From positions 1,088,001 to 1,152,000 of the forward strand of contig OZ219871.1 in the NCBI GenBank assembly GCA_964291495.2: a stretch of 64,000 bases of DNA. Reading direction: 5' to 3'. This document shows, piece after piece, positions 40,149 through 51,784 of the stretch. This DNA comes from Dehalococcoidia bacterium. GTDB taxonomy: Bacteria > Chloroflexota > Dehalococcoidia > UBA2979. Made by a program: the position numbers and the translations under genes. Within the stretch, counting starts at the first letter, position 1. Each line of letters opens with the position of its first letter. Under the pieces are notes generated by a model. The model searched no databases and was not told the origin of the DNA. It worked only from the letters and a program-made list of their open reading frames with translations.

Positions 40149-43100
40149 TTAGCCAGCCTCGGCGAGCAGTGCCCCGACGGCACGCTCGACCTCGCGACCC
40201 GCAGGCGAGTCAGCGAGCCACTGGCGCACGATGCGGCGGGCGTTGGCGCTGCTTACACCCTCCTGGCCTTCGAGTTGCCGCGCAGCGCCCTCGGCAGCCG
40301 CCTCGCCTGCCGCAGCCACCTCCACGTGGAGATCGTCACCAGAATCGAAGCGCGGGATAGGCAGGTTCCAGAGGTGCTTCTGTAAGTCGCGCGAACCCCA
40401 GAGGCCCTTGGGCCTAAGGGGCTCAACGGCTTCGCGGAGAACATCGCTGTTGATGACGGCGAGGAGGTACATAGCCTCTGGTTCGCTGCCGCATGGTATC
40501 CAAAAGAGATTCTTGTCGACGACGGCGTCGCGGTCGCGCAGCACCGCAGCCGTCGGTCGGCCCGAGCTTCCGTAAACAACGCGCAGCGCTGCGGCGCTTG
40601 TGGCGGCTTGCCACTCGATCTGCTTCGAGAGCTTGCGACGATAGTCCAGTTGACCCAAGAGCGTGAGGCGGTTCGCTGGCTTCTTGTTGGTGTCCCACAG
40701 ACCGCTGACCGTCCGCCAGCGCGCTCGCATCCGCCGTCCCAAGGGGCCCGGGTCGATACCACCAATGGCACTCGGGGTTCCGCTCGCAGGCAGCCGACGG
40801 ACATGGACGTCATCGGAGATCGGCAGCGCGGCCTTTAGCGGGGCGAGAGTGACGTAGGGCGCAACGCTCTCTCCCAGGTAGGCATCGAAGACGTGTGCGT
40901 TCTCGATCGTCTGGCCAACAATCGCGGTCAAGTCGAGATCGCGCCACGGCACCCTGTCCTGCTTCCCACGCCGTGGATTGACCATGGTGGTTCCAGCCGC
41001 GCGGATTAGGGCTGGATTCTCAATCTCCTCGACAATGAACAGGCAGCGTGGGATGAGTGAGGCACCCTGCTCGGCAAGGGGCCGGTACGGGGAACTCTTG
41101 CCTTCGACGGCGGTTGCCAGAGCGACGACGGTCCGCGTTACATCCGGATCGCCGGGCCGTCCTTCCCAGCGCTCCGCATTGCCAGCGAGCGCCACGGCGA
41201 CATCCCTAGCGTCCCGGCGGGCGAACACCACCGAACTGGGAATGGGGAAGAAGTCGTTGGGCTCGAGCCGCTCCAGATCCCAAGGCCGCTTGAAGCCGAA
41301 GTCTACGCTGTGCACCCGCCAGCGCCCGCTGCGCCACTTCGCGTGCTGCCCCGCGCCCAAGGCGCTGTGCGGCATCACCATCCCAATCACTCCGTCTTCG
41401 TCCAAGTACAGGTCGACGCAGCGCGCGAAGAACAGGCCCGCCACGTCCTGATGGGTGGCGTACTTGCCACCGACCCAGATGTCGTAGAGACGCTTGCTCT
41501 GCCGCTCCAGTTCCGTGCGGAGCACGTCGACGGTCTGGTTGTAGTTCAGCCACGGGGGGTTGCCGATGATTACGTCGGCCTTGCTTCGCGCCAGCGCCAC
41601 CGGCCGCACAAGGTTGCGGGTGTAGTACGCCCAGATGTGGTTGCGGCCCTCGGCATGCAACTCGCTCATCGTGCGGATTGCGGGTGTCAGGCTGTCACGC
41701 TGCGCCTCTGTCAGAGGATGGTCGGTTAGCTCCAGCAGCGGGTCTTCACCGCGCGCGATCGCGTCGGCGACACCGCTCATCACCGCATCGAAGAGGTCGG
41801 CCTGCTCGACGAGACTAGTCGGAAAGATCAACACGTTCTGCTGCTCGTCGCCTATCTCGATTCGTACCTCGGCCTCACTGAGGAGGTCTCCCGTATCGAA
41901 TCGCAGCTGCAGCGAATCGCCCAGATAGATGGGTGCCGAAACTGGACCCTCGAAGCCGTCCGCCGTCGCGCGCTCAATCAGGGGCTGGGCGGCGAGCGTC
42001 CAGGCGGAACGCGCAAGATGCACTGCCACCGGATGCACGTCGATCCCGACCACGACATCGCGCAACCGGACAAGTGCCTCGGCGGCTGTGAGGTTCGAGT
42101 GTTCGGCAGCTTCGACGTAGCGCCGCACCGCCTCGGCGATGAAGGTACCGGACCCGCACGCTGGGTCGAGCACACGCTGCTCCAGCGGGTCGTCAACCAA
42201 TTCATCGATGATCGCACTCGCCAGCCAGTCCGGGGTGTAGTACTCGCCGAGCTGCCGACGCTCGTCTGCCGGGATGACCGTCTCATAGAGGATGGCGGCG
42301 ATGTCGGCGGGTGCCTCATCCCAGTCGAAGCGGGCGAGGCGACGGGCGATCGCCGCAAGCAAGGGCTCGCCTCCCACCTCCCCCGGCCAACTGAAGAAGT
42401 CAGTCTCCACAATGCCCTGCAGCCCCGTCTGATCGCTGAACTGGCGGCCCTCCAGGAGGTCCGCCGGATTCGTTTGGGCCAGGTCCACGATGGGGATGCG
42501 GAACCGGGCCTGCACCGCCATGCCGGTCACGGCGGTCAAGTATGTGTGGCGGACGAACAGGTCGTCGGGATCGTCGACCAGGTTCGCGAATTCGCCCACG
42601 GCGGCCCGGAGCAAGTTGAACCAGAGCCGCCGCTTGACCGCAATCGTCTCGTCCTCGCGGTGCTCGCCGTATAGCTGCCGCAGCGCATCAAGATCGCGCT
42701 GGTAGAGGACGCTGTGGGCGCCGAAGCGATCTGCCACCGTCTCGCGGCTGGGCCGTATCTGCTCGGCTGCACCGAGGGCGTGATCGCGGAGCCACTCGTA
42801 CAGCGCGATCCACCGCTCGGCGCTCTCGAGCACGAATGCGTGCGGCGGGCTCGTGCGAACGGGGCCCGCGCCGGGCCAGCGCAGGAACCAGTGCTTGCCG
42901 TCCGTGAGCACGCCCATGCGCACGCCGTGACCAGCCTGCTGCGACGCCTCGAGGTAGTCGTCGATCTGCTCGATCCACTCGGTCTCGGGCTGGGGATACC
43001 CGGTGCGCCGCTTGAACTCCACGTAGGTGTCGAGGGCCGTCAAGTCGACGGCCTTGCGGCTCTCGTCGCCGGGATGGTCCTCCTCGCGGATCTCGTTGGC

Positions 43101-43238
43101 AGCGACGAGCTTCGTCGTAACCAGGAAATCGCGCACTGCGCTGGTGATGTTCGCCTCGGCCTCGCCGAGGTCATGTCGTCGCAGGATGGCCGCGGCCAGT
43201 TCGGGATACCTCGGATCGTTGTAGTCAATCGTCGCCAT
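40149..43238 (-). CDS. Type IIG-like restriction-modification fusion (PD-(D/E)xK nuclease + N6-adenine MTase + specificity region)
   Basis: N-terminal VDL..YVEFKR..QI.DY..LTDG..W; GEYYTP; LDPACGSGTF (motif I); GNPPW (motif IV); lower GC than flanks. Confidence 0.85.
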   Translation of the reverse strand: MATIDYNDPRYPELAAAILRRHDLGEAEANITSAVRDFLVTTKLVAANEIREEDHPGDESRKAVDLTALDTYVEFKRRTGYPQPETEWIEQIDDYLEASQQAGHGVRMGVLTDGKHWFLRWPGAGPVRTSPPHAFVLESAERWIALYEWLRDHALGAAEQIRPSRETVADRFGAHSVLYQRDLDALRQLYGEHREDETIAVKRRLWFNLLRAAVGEFANLVDDPDDLFVRHTYLTAVTGMAVQARFRIPIVDLAQTNPADLLEGRQFSDQTGLQGIVETDFFSWPGEVGGEPLLAAIARRLARFDWDEAPADIAAILYETVIPADERRQLGEYYTPDWLASAIIDELVDDPLEQRVLDPACGSGTFIAEAVRRYVEAAEHSNLTAAEALVRLRDVVVGIDVHPVAVHLARSAWTLAAQPLIERATADGFEGPVSAPIYLGDSLQLRFDTGDLLSEAEVRIEIGDEQQNVLIFPTSLVEQADLFDAVMSGVADAIARGEDPLLELTDHPLTEAQRDSLTPAIRTMSELHAEGRNHIWAYYTRNLVRPVALARSKADVIIGNPPWLNYNQTVDVLRTELERQSKRLYDIWVGGKYATHQDVAGLFFARCVDLYLDEDGVIGMVMPHSALGAGQHAKWRSGRWRVHSVDFGFKRPWDLERLEPNDFFPIPSSVVFARRDARDVAVALAGNAERWEGRPGDPDVTRTVVALATAVEGKSSPYRPLAEQGASLIPRCLFIVEEIENPALIRAAGTTMVNPRRGKQDRVPWRDLDLTAIVGQTIENAHVFDAYLGESVAPYVTLAPLKAALPISDDVHVRRLPASGTPSAIGGIDPGPLGRRMRARWRTVSGLWDTNKKPANRLTLLGQLDYRRKLSKQIEWQAATSAAALRVVYGSSGRPTAAVLRDRDAVVDKNLFWIPCGSEPEAMYLLAVINSDVLREAVEPLRPKGLWGSRDLQKHLWNLPIPRFDSGDDLHVEVAAAGEAAAEGAARQLEGQEGVSSANARRIVRQWLADSPAGREVERAVGALLAEAG

Positions 43239-43350
43239 CACGTTCACCGTAGACGATCGCGCGGATAGTGGCAGCGCCCGCCCCCAACCCCGGCCTCCCC
43301 CCGCGCGTGTGCGATAATGGCGCGTACGGCGGAGCGGAGGGGCCCGCGAC

Positions 43351-44034
43351 ATGAGCTGGCTGCGCTTTCTGCGCGAGAACATCGAGGCGGCACAGGACCG
43401 CGATCCCGCGGCGCGCGGCGCGCTCGAGGTGCTGCTCACCTACCCCGGCATCCACGCGCTCATGGTGCACCGCATCACCCACGAGGCCGCACTGCTCGGC
43501 GTGCCGCTGCTGCCGCGCCTGATCTCGCACATCGCGCGCTTCCTCACCGGCATCGAGATCCACCCCGGCGCCACCATCGGGCGGCGCTGCTTCATCGACC
43601 ATGGCATGGGCGTCGTGATCGGCGAGACCACGATCATCGGCGACAACTGCCACCTCTACCAGGGCGTCACCCTTGGCGGCACCTCGACGCGGCGCGAGAA
43701 GCGCCACCCCACGCTCGAGGACGGCGTCGTGGTCGGCGCCGGGGCGAAGATCATCGGCGACGTCACGATCGGCCATAACTCGCGCATCGGCGCGGGCGCC
43801 GTCGTCGTCTCCAGCGTCCCGCCCAACGCAACCGTCGTCGGCGTGCCCGGCCATGTCGTCGCCTTCACCAACCAGAGCAACGACACCGTCGAACGCCTCC
43901 CGGACCCCGAGTGGGACCGCATCGAGGAGCTGGAGCGGCGCATTGCCCGCCTCGAGCGCGAGCGCCAGCCCACCCCGACCACCTCGGGGAGCTCGCCCGG
44001 CGGCTTCGACGGCGGCGCGTCGCGCGAGCCGTAG
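43351..44034 (+). CDS. cysE: Serine O-acetyltransferase
   Basis: [33 protein letters not shown]. Confidence 0.97.
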   Translation: MSWLRFLRENIEAAQDRDPAARGALEVLLTYPGIHALMVHRITHEAALLGVPLLPRLISHIARFLTGIEIHPGATIGRRCFIDHGMGVVIGETTIIGDNCHLYQGVTLGGTSTRREKRHPTLEDGVVVGAGAKIIGDVTIGHNSRIGAGAVVVSSVPPNATVVGVPGHVVAFTNQSNDTVERLPDPEWDRIEELERRIARLERERQPTPTTSGSSPGGFDGGASREP

Positions 44035-44074
44035 CCACCACGCGATCGCAGGCAGGACCAGCGGAGCGCGTGCG

Positions 44075-45523
44075 ATGCGTCTGACCAACACCCTCAGCGG
44101 CGCCGTCGAGACGTTTAGCCCCCTCGAGGACGGGCGCGTCGGCATCTACGTCTGCGGCGTCACGCCCTACGAGGAGAGCCACTTCGGCCATGCCCAGTAC
44201 GCGATCATCTTCGACGCCTTCGTGCGCTACCTGCGCTGGGAGGGCTCGCCCGGCGGCGGCGCCGAGGTGACCTACGTCTCCAACTACACCGACGTCGACG
44301 ACAAGGTGATCGACCGCGCCGCCGAGCTGGGCCGCGACCCGCTCGACCTCGTGAACGACCAGATCGAGCTGTGGGAGCGGCAGCAGCGCGCGCTCAACCT
44401 GCAGGAGCCGGACGTGCGCCCGCGCGTCACCGAGCACATCGAGACAATCATCGAGGCGATCGAGCGGATCATCGAGGCCGGCTACGGCTACGCCACCGCC
44501 GCCGGCGACGTCTACTACCGCGTGCGCGCGATGGAGGACTACGGGAAGCTCTCCCACCGCAACATCGAGGAGCTGCGCGCGGGCACGCGCGGCGAGCCCG
44601 GCGAGGGCAAGGAGTTCCCGCTCGACTTCGCACTCTGGAAGGCGATGAAGCCGGGCGAGCCGAACTGGCCCTCGCCGTGGGGCGCGGGGCGGCCCGGCTG
44701 GCACATCGAGTGCTCGGCGATGTCGCAGCGCTACCTCGGCGCCTCGTTCGACATCCACGGCGGCGGAGTTGACCTCGTCTTCCCGCACCACGAGAACGAG
44801 GTCGCGCAGGCCGAGGCGGTGAGCGGGCCCGGCTCGTTCGCCCGGACCTGGCTGCACAACGGCCTCGTCCAGCGCGACGGCGAGAAGATGTCGAAGTCGA
44901 TCGGCAACGTCGTGACCGTGCGCGATGCGCTCGACACCTGGCGGCCGGACGCGCTGCGCCTGTTCGTTCTCGAGAGCCACTACCGACGCCCCAACAACCT
45001 CACCGACGAGGCGATGGCGGCCGCCGAGCGCGGCCTCGACCGGCTGCTCGCCGCCGTCCGCGACGAGGGCGCGGGCGCGGGCCCGGCCTCGAGCGCCGGG
45101 CCGGCCGAGCGCGCCCGCTTCGTCGAGGCGCTCGAGGACGACTTCAGCACGCCGCGCGCGCTCGCCGCGGTCTTCGACCTCGCGCGCACCATCAACCGCG
45201 AGCGCGACGCCGGGGCGGACGTGCGCCCCGCGCAGGCGGTGCTGCGCGAGCTGGCCGGCGTGCTCGGCCTGCGCCTCGATGCGGCGGGCGAGGACGGCGA
45301 CGGCCTCGACGCCGTCGCGCTCTCCAAGCTGGCCGCGCGCCACGAGGTGGCCTGCGGCGGCAGCGACGCGGAGACGACGATCGAGGCGCTGCTGGCGCGC
45401 CGCCAGCAGGCGCGCGAGGAGCGCGACTTCGCCCTCGCCGACGCGATCCGCGCCGACCTCGCCGCCGCCGGCATCGAGGTGGAGGACACGCCTCGCGGCG
45501 CGCGCTGGAGCGCGGTGCGGTAG
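44075..45523 (+). CDS. cysS: Cysteine--tRNA ligase
   Basis: YVCGVT, HFGH, DFALWK, GRPGWHIECSAM, HHENE, KMSKS. Confidence 0.97.
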   Translation: MRLTNTLSGAVETFSPLEDGRVGIYVCGVTPYEESHFGHAQYAIIFDAFVRYLRWEGSPGGGAEVTYVSNYTDVDDKVIDRAAELGRDPLDLVNDQIELWERQQRALNLQEPDVRPRVTEHIETIIEAIERIIEAGYGYATAAGDVYYRVRAMEDYGKLSHRNIEELRAGTRGEPGEGKEFPLDFALWKAMKPGEPNWPSPWGAGRPGWHIECSAMSQRYLGASFDIHGGGVDLVFPHHENEVAQAEAVSGPGSFARTWLHNGLVQRDGEKMSKSIGNVVTVRDALDTWRPDALRLFVLESHYRRPNNLTDEAMAAAERGLDRLLAAVRDEGAGAGPASSAGPAERARFVEALEDDFSTPRALAAVFDLARTINRERDAGADVRPAQAVLRELAGVLGLRLDAAGEDGDGLDAVALSKLAARHEVACGGSDAETTIEALLARRQQAREERDFALADAIRADLAAAGIEVEDTPRGARWSAVR

Positions 45524-45606
45524 GGCCGCACTGCGCATCGTGACTCCCCCTAGGCAGTTGCGCCTGTATGCTTGCCTGCGTCCCGGCAGCCCGAGGTGAC
45601 TAGCGC

Positions 45607-46776
45607 GTGATCGTCGGCGTTCCAGCAGAGTCGGTCGGAGGTGAGCGCAGGGTTGCGCTTGTCCCCGCCGTCGTCTCCCGGGTCGCCGACAGCGGCGCGG
45701 AGATGCTCGTCGAGAGCGGCGCCGGCAGCGCCGCCGGGTTCCCCGACGAGGACTACGCCGCGGCAGGCGCACGCATCGCCGCGAACGCCGCCGAGGTGCT
45801 GGCCGAGGCCGACGTCGTCGTCCGCCTCGCCGCGCCCGAGGGCGGCGCGGGCCTCGAGGGCCTGCGCGAGGGACAGACGCTCGTCGGGCTGCTCAACCCG
45901 CTCGGCAACGCCCCGGGCATCGCGTCCCTCGCCGAGCGGGGCGTCAGCGCCTTCGCGCTCGAGCTGCTGCCGAGGATCAGCCGCGCGCAGCCGATGGACG
46001 CGCTCACCTCGATGGCCACGATCGCCGGCTACAAGGCGGTCCTGGTGGCGGCGGACACGCTCTCGAAGCTGTTCCCGCTGATGATGACCGCCGCCGGGAC
46101 CGTCACGCCCGCCCGCGTGCTGGTGATCGGCGCCGGCGTCGCCGGCCTGCAGGCGATCGCCACCGCGCGGCGCCTCGGCGCGGTCGTGCATGCCTACGAC
46201 GTCCGCCCGGCCGTCGCCGAGCAGGTCGAGAGCCTCGGTGGGCGCTTCGTCGAGCTCGATCTCGACGCGGCCGACGCCGAGGACGCAGGCGGCTACGCGC
46301 AGGCGATGGGCGAGGAGTTCTACGCCCGCCAGCGCGAGCTGCTCGGGAACGTCGTCGCCGAGAGCGACGTGGTGATCACCACCGCAGCCGTGCCCGGCAG
46401 CGCCGCGCCGCTGCTCGTGACCGCAGACGCCGTCGGGCGGATGCGCTACGGCTCGGTGATCGTCGACCTCGCCGCCGAGACAGGCGGCAACTGCGAGCTG
46501 ACCCGCGCGGGCGAGGACGTGAGCACCGAAGGCGTCACCATCCTCGGCCCGCTCAACCTGCCCGCCGCGTTGCCCTTCGACGCCAGCCAGATGTACGCGC
46601 GGAACGTCACCGCGTTCCTCGAGCATGTGTTGCAGGACGGCGCGCTCGCGCTCGACCGCGACGACGAGATCGTGAGCGGCGCGCTCGTCACGCACGGCGG
46701 CCAGGTGGTGCACCCGCGGGTGCGCGAGCAGCTGGGCCTCGCGGCGCCTGAGCCTCAGCCTGCAAGAACGGAGTAG
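45607..46776 (+). CDS. pntAA: NAD(P) transhydrogenase alpha subunit part 1
   Basis: ERRVALVP, PRISRAQ.MD, GAGVAGL, GGNCE. Confidence 0.95.
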   Translation: MIVGVPAESVGGERRVALVPAVVSRVADSGAEMLVESGAGSAAGFPDEDYAAAGARIAANAAEVLAEADVVVRLAAPEGGAGLEGLREGQTLVGLLNPLGNAPGIASLAERGVSAFALELLPRISRAQPMDALTSMATIAGYKAVLVAADTLSKLFPLMMTAAGTVTPARVLVIGAGVAGLQAIATARRLGAVVHAYDVRPAVAEQVESLGGRFVELDLDAADAEDAGGYAQAMGEEFYARQRELLGNVVAESDVVITTAAVPGSAAPLLVTADAVGRMRYGSVIVDLAAETGGNCELTRAGEDVSTEGVTILGPLNLPAALPFDASQMYARNVTAFLEHVLQDGALALDRDDEIVSGALVTHGGQVVHPRVREQLGLAAPEPQPARTE

Positions 46777-46779
46777 CCG

Positions 46780-47070
46780 ATGGAAGTCTTTGTCGCCGCG
46801 CTCACGATCTTCGTGCTCGCGCTGTTCGTCGGGTACGAGGTGATCACGAAGGTGCCGCCGCTGCTGCACACGCCGCTGATGTCCGGCGCCAACGCCATCT
46901 CCGGCATCACCCTCGTCGGCACGCTGGTCACCGCAGGCGCGCAACTCACCGTCCTGACCACGATCCTCGGCGTCGTGGCCGTGGCGATGGCGACCGCGAA
47001 CGTCGTCGGTGGGTTCCTCGTGACCCACCGCATGCTCTCGATGTTCCGCGACAGGGGTGACCGTGCCTGA
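46780..47070 (+). CDS. pntAB: NAD(P) transhydrogenase alpha subunit part 2
   Basis: LHTPLMSGANAISG, NVVGGFLVT.RML.MF. Confidence 0.95.
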   Translation: MEVFVAALTIFVLALFVGYEVITKVPPLLHTPLMSGANAISGITLVGTLVTAGAQLTVLTTILGVVAVAMATANVVGGFLVTHRMLSMFRDRGDRA

Positions 47071-48469
47071 GCTCCAGGCGGAGTGGATCGACCTCTTCTA
47101 CCTGGTAGCGGCGGTCCTCTTCATCCTCGCGCTGAAGGACATGTCGCACCCGCGCACCGCGGTGCGCGGCAACCTGCTCGGCTCCTCGGGCATGCTGCTC
47201 GCGATCATCGTCACGCTGACCGACCACCGCATCATCAGCTTCGAGGTCATCATCGCCGGGGTCGTCGTCGGCGCGCTGATCGGGGCCTTCATGGCCTACC
47301 GTGCGCCGCTCACGGCGATGCCGCAGGTGGTCGCGGTCTTCAACGGCTTCGGCGGCGGCGCCTCGGCGCTCGCCGTCGGCGCCGCGCTCGAGGAGGCGCT
47401 CAAGGGCGGCTTCGTCGAGGCCGTCGACTTCCAGTTCACCATCGCCGCGGTCGCCTCCGGGCTGATCGGCGGCGTCTCGATGACGGGCAGCGCGATCGCC
47501 TTCGGCAAGCTGCAGGGCCTCGTCACCGAGCGGCCGATCCTGCTGCCGGGCCGCCACTTCCTCAACGCGACGCTGTTCACGGTGTGTGTCGCGCTCGGCG
47601 TCTGGCTGATCGCCGACTCGGACCCCTCGCTGCCGTTCTGGCTGCTGGTCGCCTTCGCGGCCGCGCTCGGCATCATGCTGGTGATCCCGATCGGCGGGGC
47701 CGACATGCCCGTCGTGATCTCGCTGCTCAACGCCTACTCCGGTCTGGCGGCGGCGGGGCACGGCTGGGTGCTGAACAACAGCGTGCTGATCATCGCCGGC
47801 TCGCTGGTCGGCGCGGCCGGGTTCATCCTCACGGCGCTGATGTCGCAGGCGATGAACCGCTCGCTGCCGAACATCATGTTCGCCGGCGTCGGCGCCGAGG
47901 TCGCCTCGGACGAGGACAGCGACGATGTCTACGCCGGGCGCGTCAAGTCCGCGTCCGCCGACGAGGTCGCGATGCTCCTCGATGCTGCGCGCCGGGTGGT
48001 GGTGGCGCCGGGCTACGGGCTGGCGGTCGCGCAGGCGCAGTACGCGATCCACGACCTGATGGACCTCCTCGAGGAGCGCGGCGTCGAGGTGGAGTTCGCG
48101 ATCCATCCCGTCGCGGGGCGGATGCCGGGCCACATGAACGTGCTGCTGGCCGAGGCGGACATCCCCTACGAGCAGCTCAGGGAGATGGACGAGATCAACC
48201 CGACCTTCCGCCAGACCGACGTGGTGCTCGTCTTCGGCGCGAACGACGTGGTCAACCCGATGGCGCGCGAGGCGGACCCCTCGATCCCGATCGCCGGCAT
48301 GCCGATCCTCGACGTCGATCACGCGCGGACCGTGGTGATCGTGAAGCGCTCGATGAGCCCCGGCTTCGCCGGCATCCCGAACCCACTGTTCGCCGCCGAC
48401 AACACGCTCATGCTCTTCGCCGACGCCCGCGTCGCGGCCAACGAGCTGACGGCGGCGTTGCGGGGGTAG
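47057..48469 (+). CDS. pntB: NAD(P) transhydrogenase beta subunit
   Basis: IGGADMPVVISLLN, PGYGLAVAQAQ, HPVAGRMPGHMNV, GANDVVNP. Confidence 0.97.
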   Translation: MTVPELQAEWIDLFYLVAAVLFILALKDMSHPRTAVRGNLLGSSGMLLAIIVTLTDHRIISFEVIIAGVVVGALIGAFMAYRAPLTAMPQVVAVFNGFGGGASALAVGAALEEALKGGFVEAVDFQFTIAAVASGLIGGVSMTGSAIAFGKLQGLVTERPILLPGRHFLNATLFTVCVALGVWLIADSDPSLPFWLLVAFAAALGIMLVIPIGGADMPVVISLLNAYSGLAAAGHGWVLNNSVLIIAGSLVGAAGFILTALMSQAMNRSLPNIMFAGVGAEVASDEDSDDVYAGRVKSASADEVAMLLDAARRVVVAPGYGLAVAQAQYAIHDLMDLLEERGVEVEFAIHPVAGRMPGHMNVLLAEADIPYEQLREMDEINPTFRQTDVVLVFGANDVVNPMAREADPSIPIAGMPILDVDHARTVVIVKRSMSPGFAGIPNPLFAADNTLMLFADARVAANELTAALRG

Positions 48470-48518
48470 GGGCGAACGGCACGGGGCGGTCGCCAACAGT
48501 CACGCCACCAGGTTCGGT

Positions 48519-48765
48519 ATGGAACGCAGCTACGTGATGAAGGTGTCGTCGAACGGGCGGGTGTCGATTCCGGCTGAGGTGCGTGCGCGCTGGAAGGCCG
48601 ACCGAATGCTCGTCATCGACCTCGGCGATCACCTTAGGGATGCGCCCGCTCCCTTCAAACCCCATCGCTGCTTTCCAGGGAAAGTACGCCGGGCGAGGGC
48701 CAAGCTCTGACGAGGCTCGCCGCGAAGCGCGGGCCGCGGACGCCGACCGGGAGCGTTGCCGCTGA
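48519..48765 (+). pseudogene. AbrB/MazE-like antitoxin with a frameshift near 48634, orphan
   Basis: MKVSSNGRVSIPAEVRARW..VIDLGDH continues in another frame as LGMRPLPSNPIAAFQGKYAG..SSDEARREAR. Confidence 0.65.
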
Positions 48766-48820
48766 CGGCGGGACGCTGAACGCCTCGCGTACGCAGCGGT
48801 GCGGGTGGCGGCGCCTCGCG

Positions 48821-48850
48821 TTGACCCTCCTCGGAGGCCGTTTCTATACT
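48821..48850 (+). promoter_or_regulatory. sigma70 promoter of the tRNA-tuf operon
   Basis: TTGACC-18 nt-TATACT. Confidence 0.7.
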
Positions 48851-48912
48851 TAACCGATCGCACTTGGCCGGTTGGCCGGGTGTGATTGTTTCATGTGCGC
48901 CGGCACTGTCGG

Positions 48913-48988
48913 GCCCGAGTGGCGCAATGGCAGCGCAGCCGATTTGTAATCGGCAGGTTAGCGGGTTCGAATCCCCTCTCGGGCTCCA
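48913..48988 (+). tRNA. tRNA-Thr(TGT)
   Basis: GCCCGAG/CTCGGGC acceptor stem, anticodon loop TTTGTAA, GGTTCGAATCC, encoded CCA. Confidence 0.95.
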
Positions 48989-49047
48989 CTCACTCCTGCG
49001 GGGTTGTGTGGAGGCGCGCGGGGTGAGGATGCCGGCCGTCGACGCCC

Positions 49048-49133
49048 GCAGGGGTGGGAGAGTGGTTAATTCCAGCGGTCTGTAAAACCGCCGCCTTACG
49101 GCTACGCAGGTTCGAATCCTGCCCCCTGCACCA
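49048..49133 (+). tRNA. tRNA-Tyr(GTA)
   Basis: GCAGGGG/CCCCTGC stem, CTGTAAA loop, long variable arm, CCA. Confidence 0.95.
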
Positions 49134-49199
49134 GTCGCACGCGCCACCGAGGCTGGGAACCAGGGCACCGCCGCAGAGTGGCGCCAGAAGCGGAGATAT

Positions 49200-49275
49200 G
49201 CCCTCATAGCTCAGTCGGTAGAGCGCGTTCTTGGTAAGAACGAGGTCAGCGGTTCAAATCCGCTTGAGGGCTCCA
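49200..49275 (+). tRNA. tRNA-Thr(GGT)
   Basis: GCCCTCA/TGAGGGC stem, TTGGTAA loop, GGTTCAAATCC, CCA. Confidence 0.95.
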
Positions 49276-49350
49276 CCACAGCGATCAGCCACAGCAGCGC
49301 CTCCCCCGGCAGGAGAGTCGGGGTAGGCGGGGGAGAACGGGAGCCGGAGG

Positions 49351-50550
<1,200 letters not shown>

Positions 50551-50586
50551 CGCGGACGCGGGCGGGACGCTCGAGGAGCGGAGATC

Positions 50587-50748
50587 ATGGCCAAGGGCGA
50601 CCGGGAGCACATCACGCTGGCGTGCACGCAGTGCCGCTCCCGCAACTACCACACGAGGAAGAACCGGCGGAACGATCCGGAGCGGCTGGAGCTGCGCAAG
50701 TTCTGCCGTCGCTGCCGGGCCCACCAGTCACACCGCGAAACGCGGTAG
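50587..50748 (+). CDS. rpmG: 50S ribosomal protein L33 (Zn-binding type; absent from the ORF track)
   Basis: [53 protein letters not shown]. Confidence 0.95.
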   Translation: MAKGDREHITLACTQCRSRNYHTRKNRRNDPERLELRKFCRRCRAHQSHRETR

Positions 50749-50790
50749 GCTGGCCCTTGAGGCCGAACAGACAGCCGAACGGAGCCGTCG

Positions 50791-51120
50791 ATGGGTCGAG
50801 CGCTGCGCAGGCAGCAAGAGCGCGCCCAGCGCCGCCAGCAGCGGCAGCAGCAGCGCGCCGCGGCCTCGGGCGGCGGCGGCCGCGGGCCCTCGATGAGCGT
50901 CTCGTCGCCGGCGGCGGGGGACGCCCGTCGTGGACGGCGCTGGGTTCCGCGCTGGATCGCCGACATCGTCAGCGAGCTGCGCAAGGTCACCTGGCCGAAC
51001 CGCCAGGAGGTCGGCTATCTGACCCTGGTGGTCGTGATCGTCTCGCTCTTCTTCGGGGCGATCCTCGGCGTCGCCGATCTGGGCTTCGGCTGGGTCATCG
51101 AGAACACGGTGCTGCGCTAG
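50791..51120 (+). CDS. secE: Preprotein translocase SecE
   Basis: ELRKVTWP plus one TM helix. Confidence 0.92.
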   Translation: MGRALRRQQERAQRRQQRQQQRAAASGGGGRGPSMSVSSPAAGDARRGRRWVPRWIADIVSELRKVTWPNRQEVGYLTLVVVIVSLFFGAILGVADLGFGWVIENTVLR

Positions 51121-51136
51121 TGTTCGTGGAGGCAGC

Positions 51137-51781
51137 ATGACCAGCGACACGCAACCGCAACCGTCCCCCGCGCCGCCCAACCCGTTCACCGCGGAGCTGG
51201 AGGAGCGCGCCGGTCAGGCCGCCGGCCCCGCCGTGGCCGAGGACGACGGCCGGGCCTGGTACATCGTCCAGACCTACTCCGGCTACGAGAACAAGGTGAA
51301 GAAGAGCCTGGAGCAGCGCATCCAGCAGATGGACATGGCCGACCGCGTCTTCGAGGTGGTGATTCCCACCGAGGACGAGATCGAGATCCGCGACGGCCAG
51401 CGCAAGACCGTCTCCCGCAAGCTCTTCCCCGGCTACATCCTGGTCCAGATGCTGATGGGCGACGACTCCTGGTACGTGGTCCGCAACACCCCGGGCGTCA
51501 CCGGCTTCGCCGGCGCCAGCTCCGACGAGCGCTCGCGGCCGCCCGCCCTCGAGGACGAGGAAGTCGCGCGCATCCTGCGGCAGATGGACACCGGCACGCC
51601 GAGGATCAACGTCGGCTTCGCCGTCGGCGAGGCGGTGCGGGTGATCGACGGTCCGTTCGTCGACTTCGTCGGCCAGGTCGACGAGATCAACCTCGACAAG
51701 GGCAAGGTGCGGGTCATGGTCTCGATGTTCGGCCGGGAGACCCCGGTCGAGCTGGACTTCCTGCAGGTGGAGAAGCAGTAA
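51137..51781 (+). CDS. nusG: Transcription factor NusG
   Basis: WYIVQTYSGYE, FPGYILV, GPF.DF, MFGRETPVEL. Confidence 0.97.
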   Translation: MTSDTQPQPSPAPPNPFTAELEERAGQAAGPAVAEDDGRAWYIVQTYSGYENKVKKSLEQRIQQMDMADRVFEVVIPTEDEIEIRDGQRKTVSRKLFPGYILVQMLMGDDSWYVVRNTPGVTGFAGASSDERSRPPALEDEEVARILRQMDTGTPRINVGFAVGEAVRVIDGPFVDFVGQVDEINLDKGKVRVMVSMFGRETPVELDFLQVEKQ

Positions 51782-51784
51782 CCG

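Noticed and set aside
49134-49199. tRNA-Gly expected between tRNA-Tyr and tRNA-Thr
   Set aside because: 66-nt spacer with no T-loop or cloverleaf
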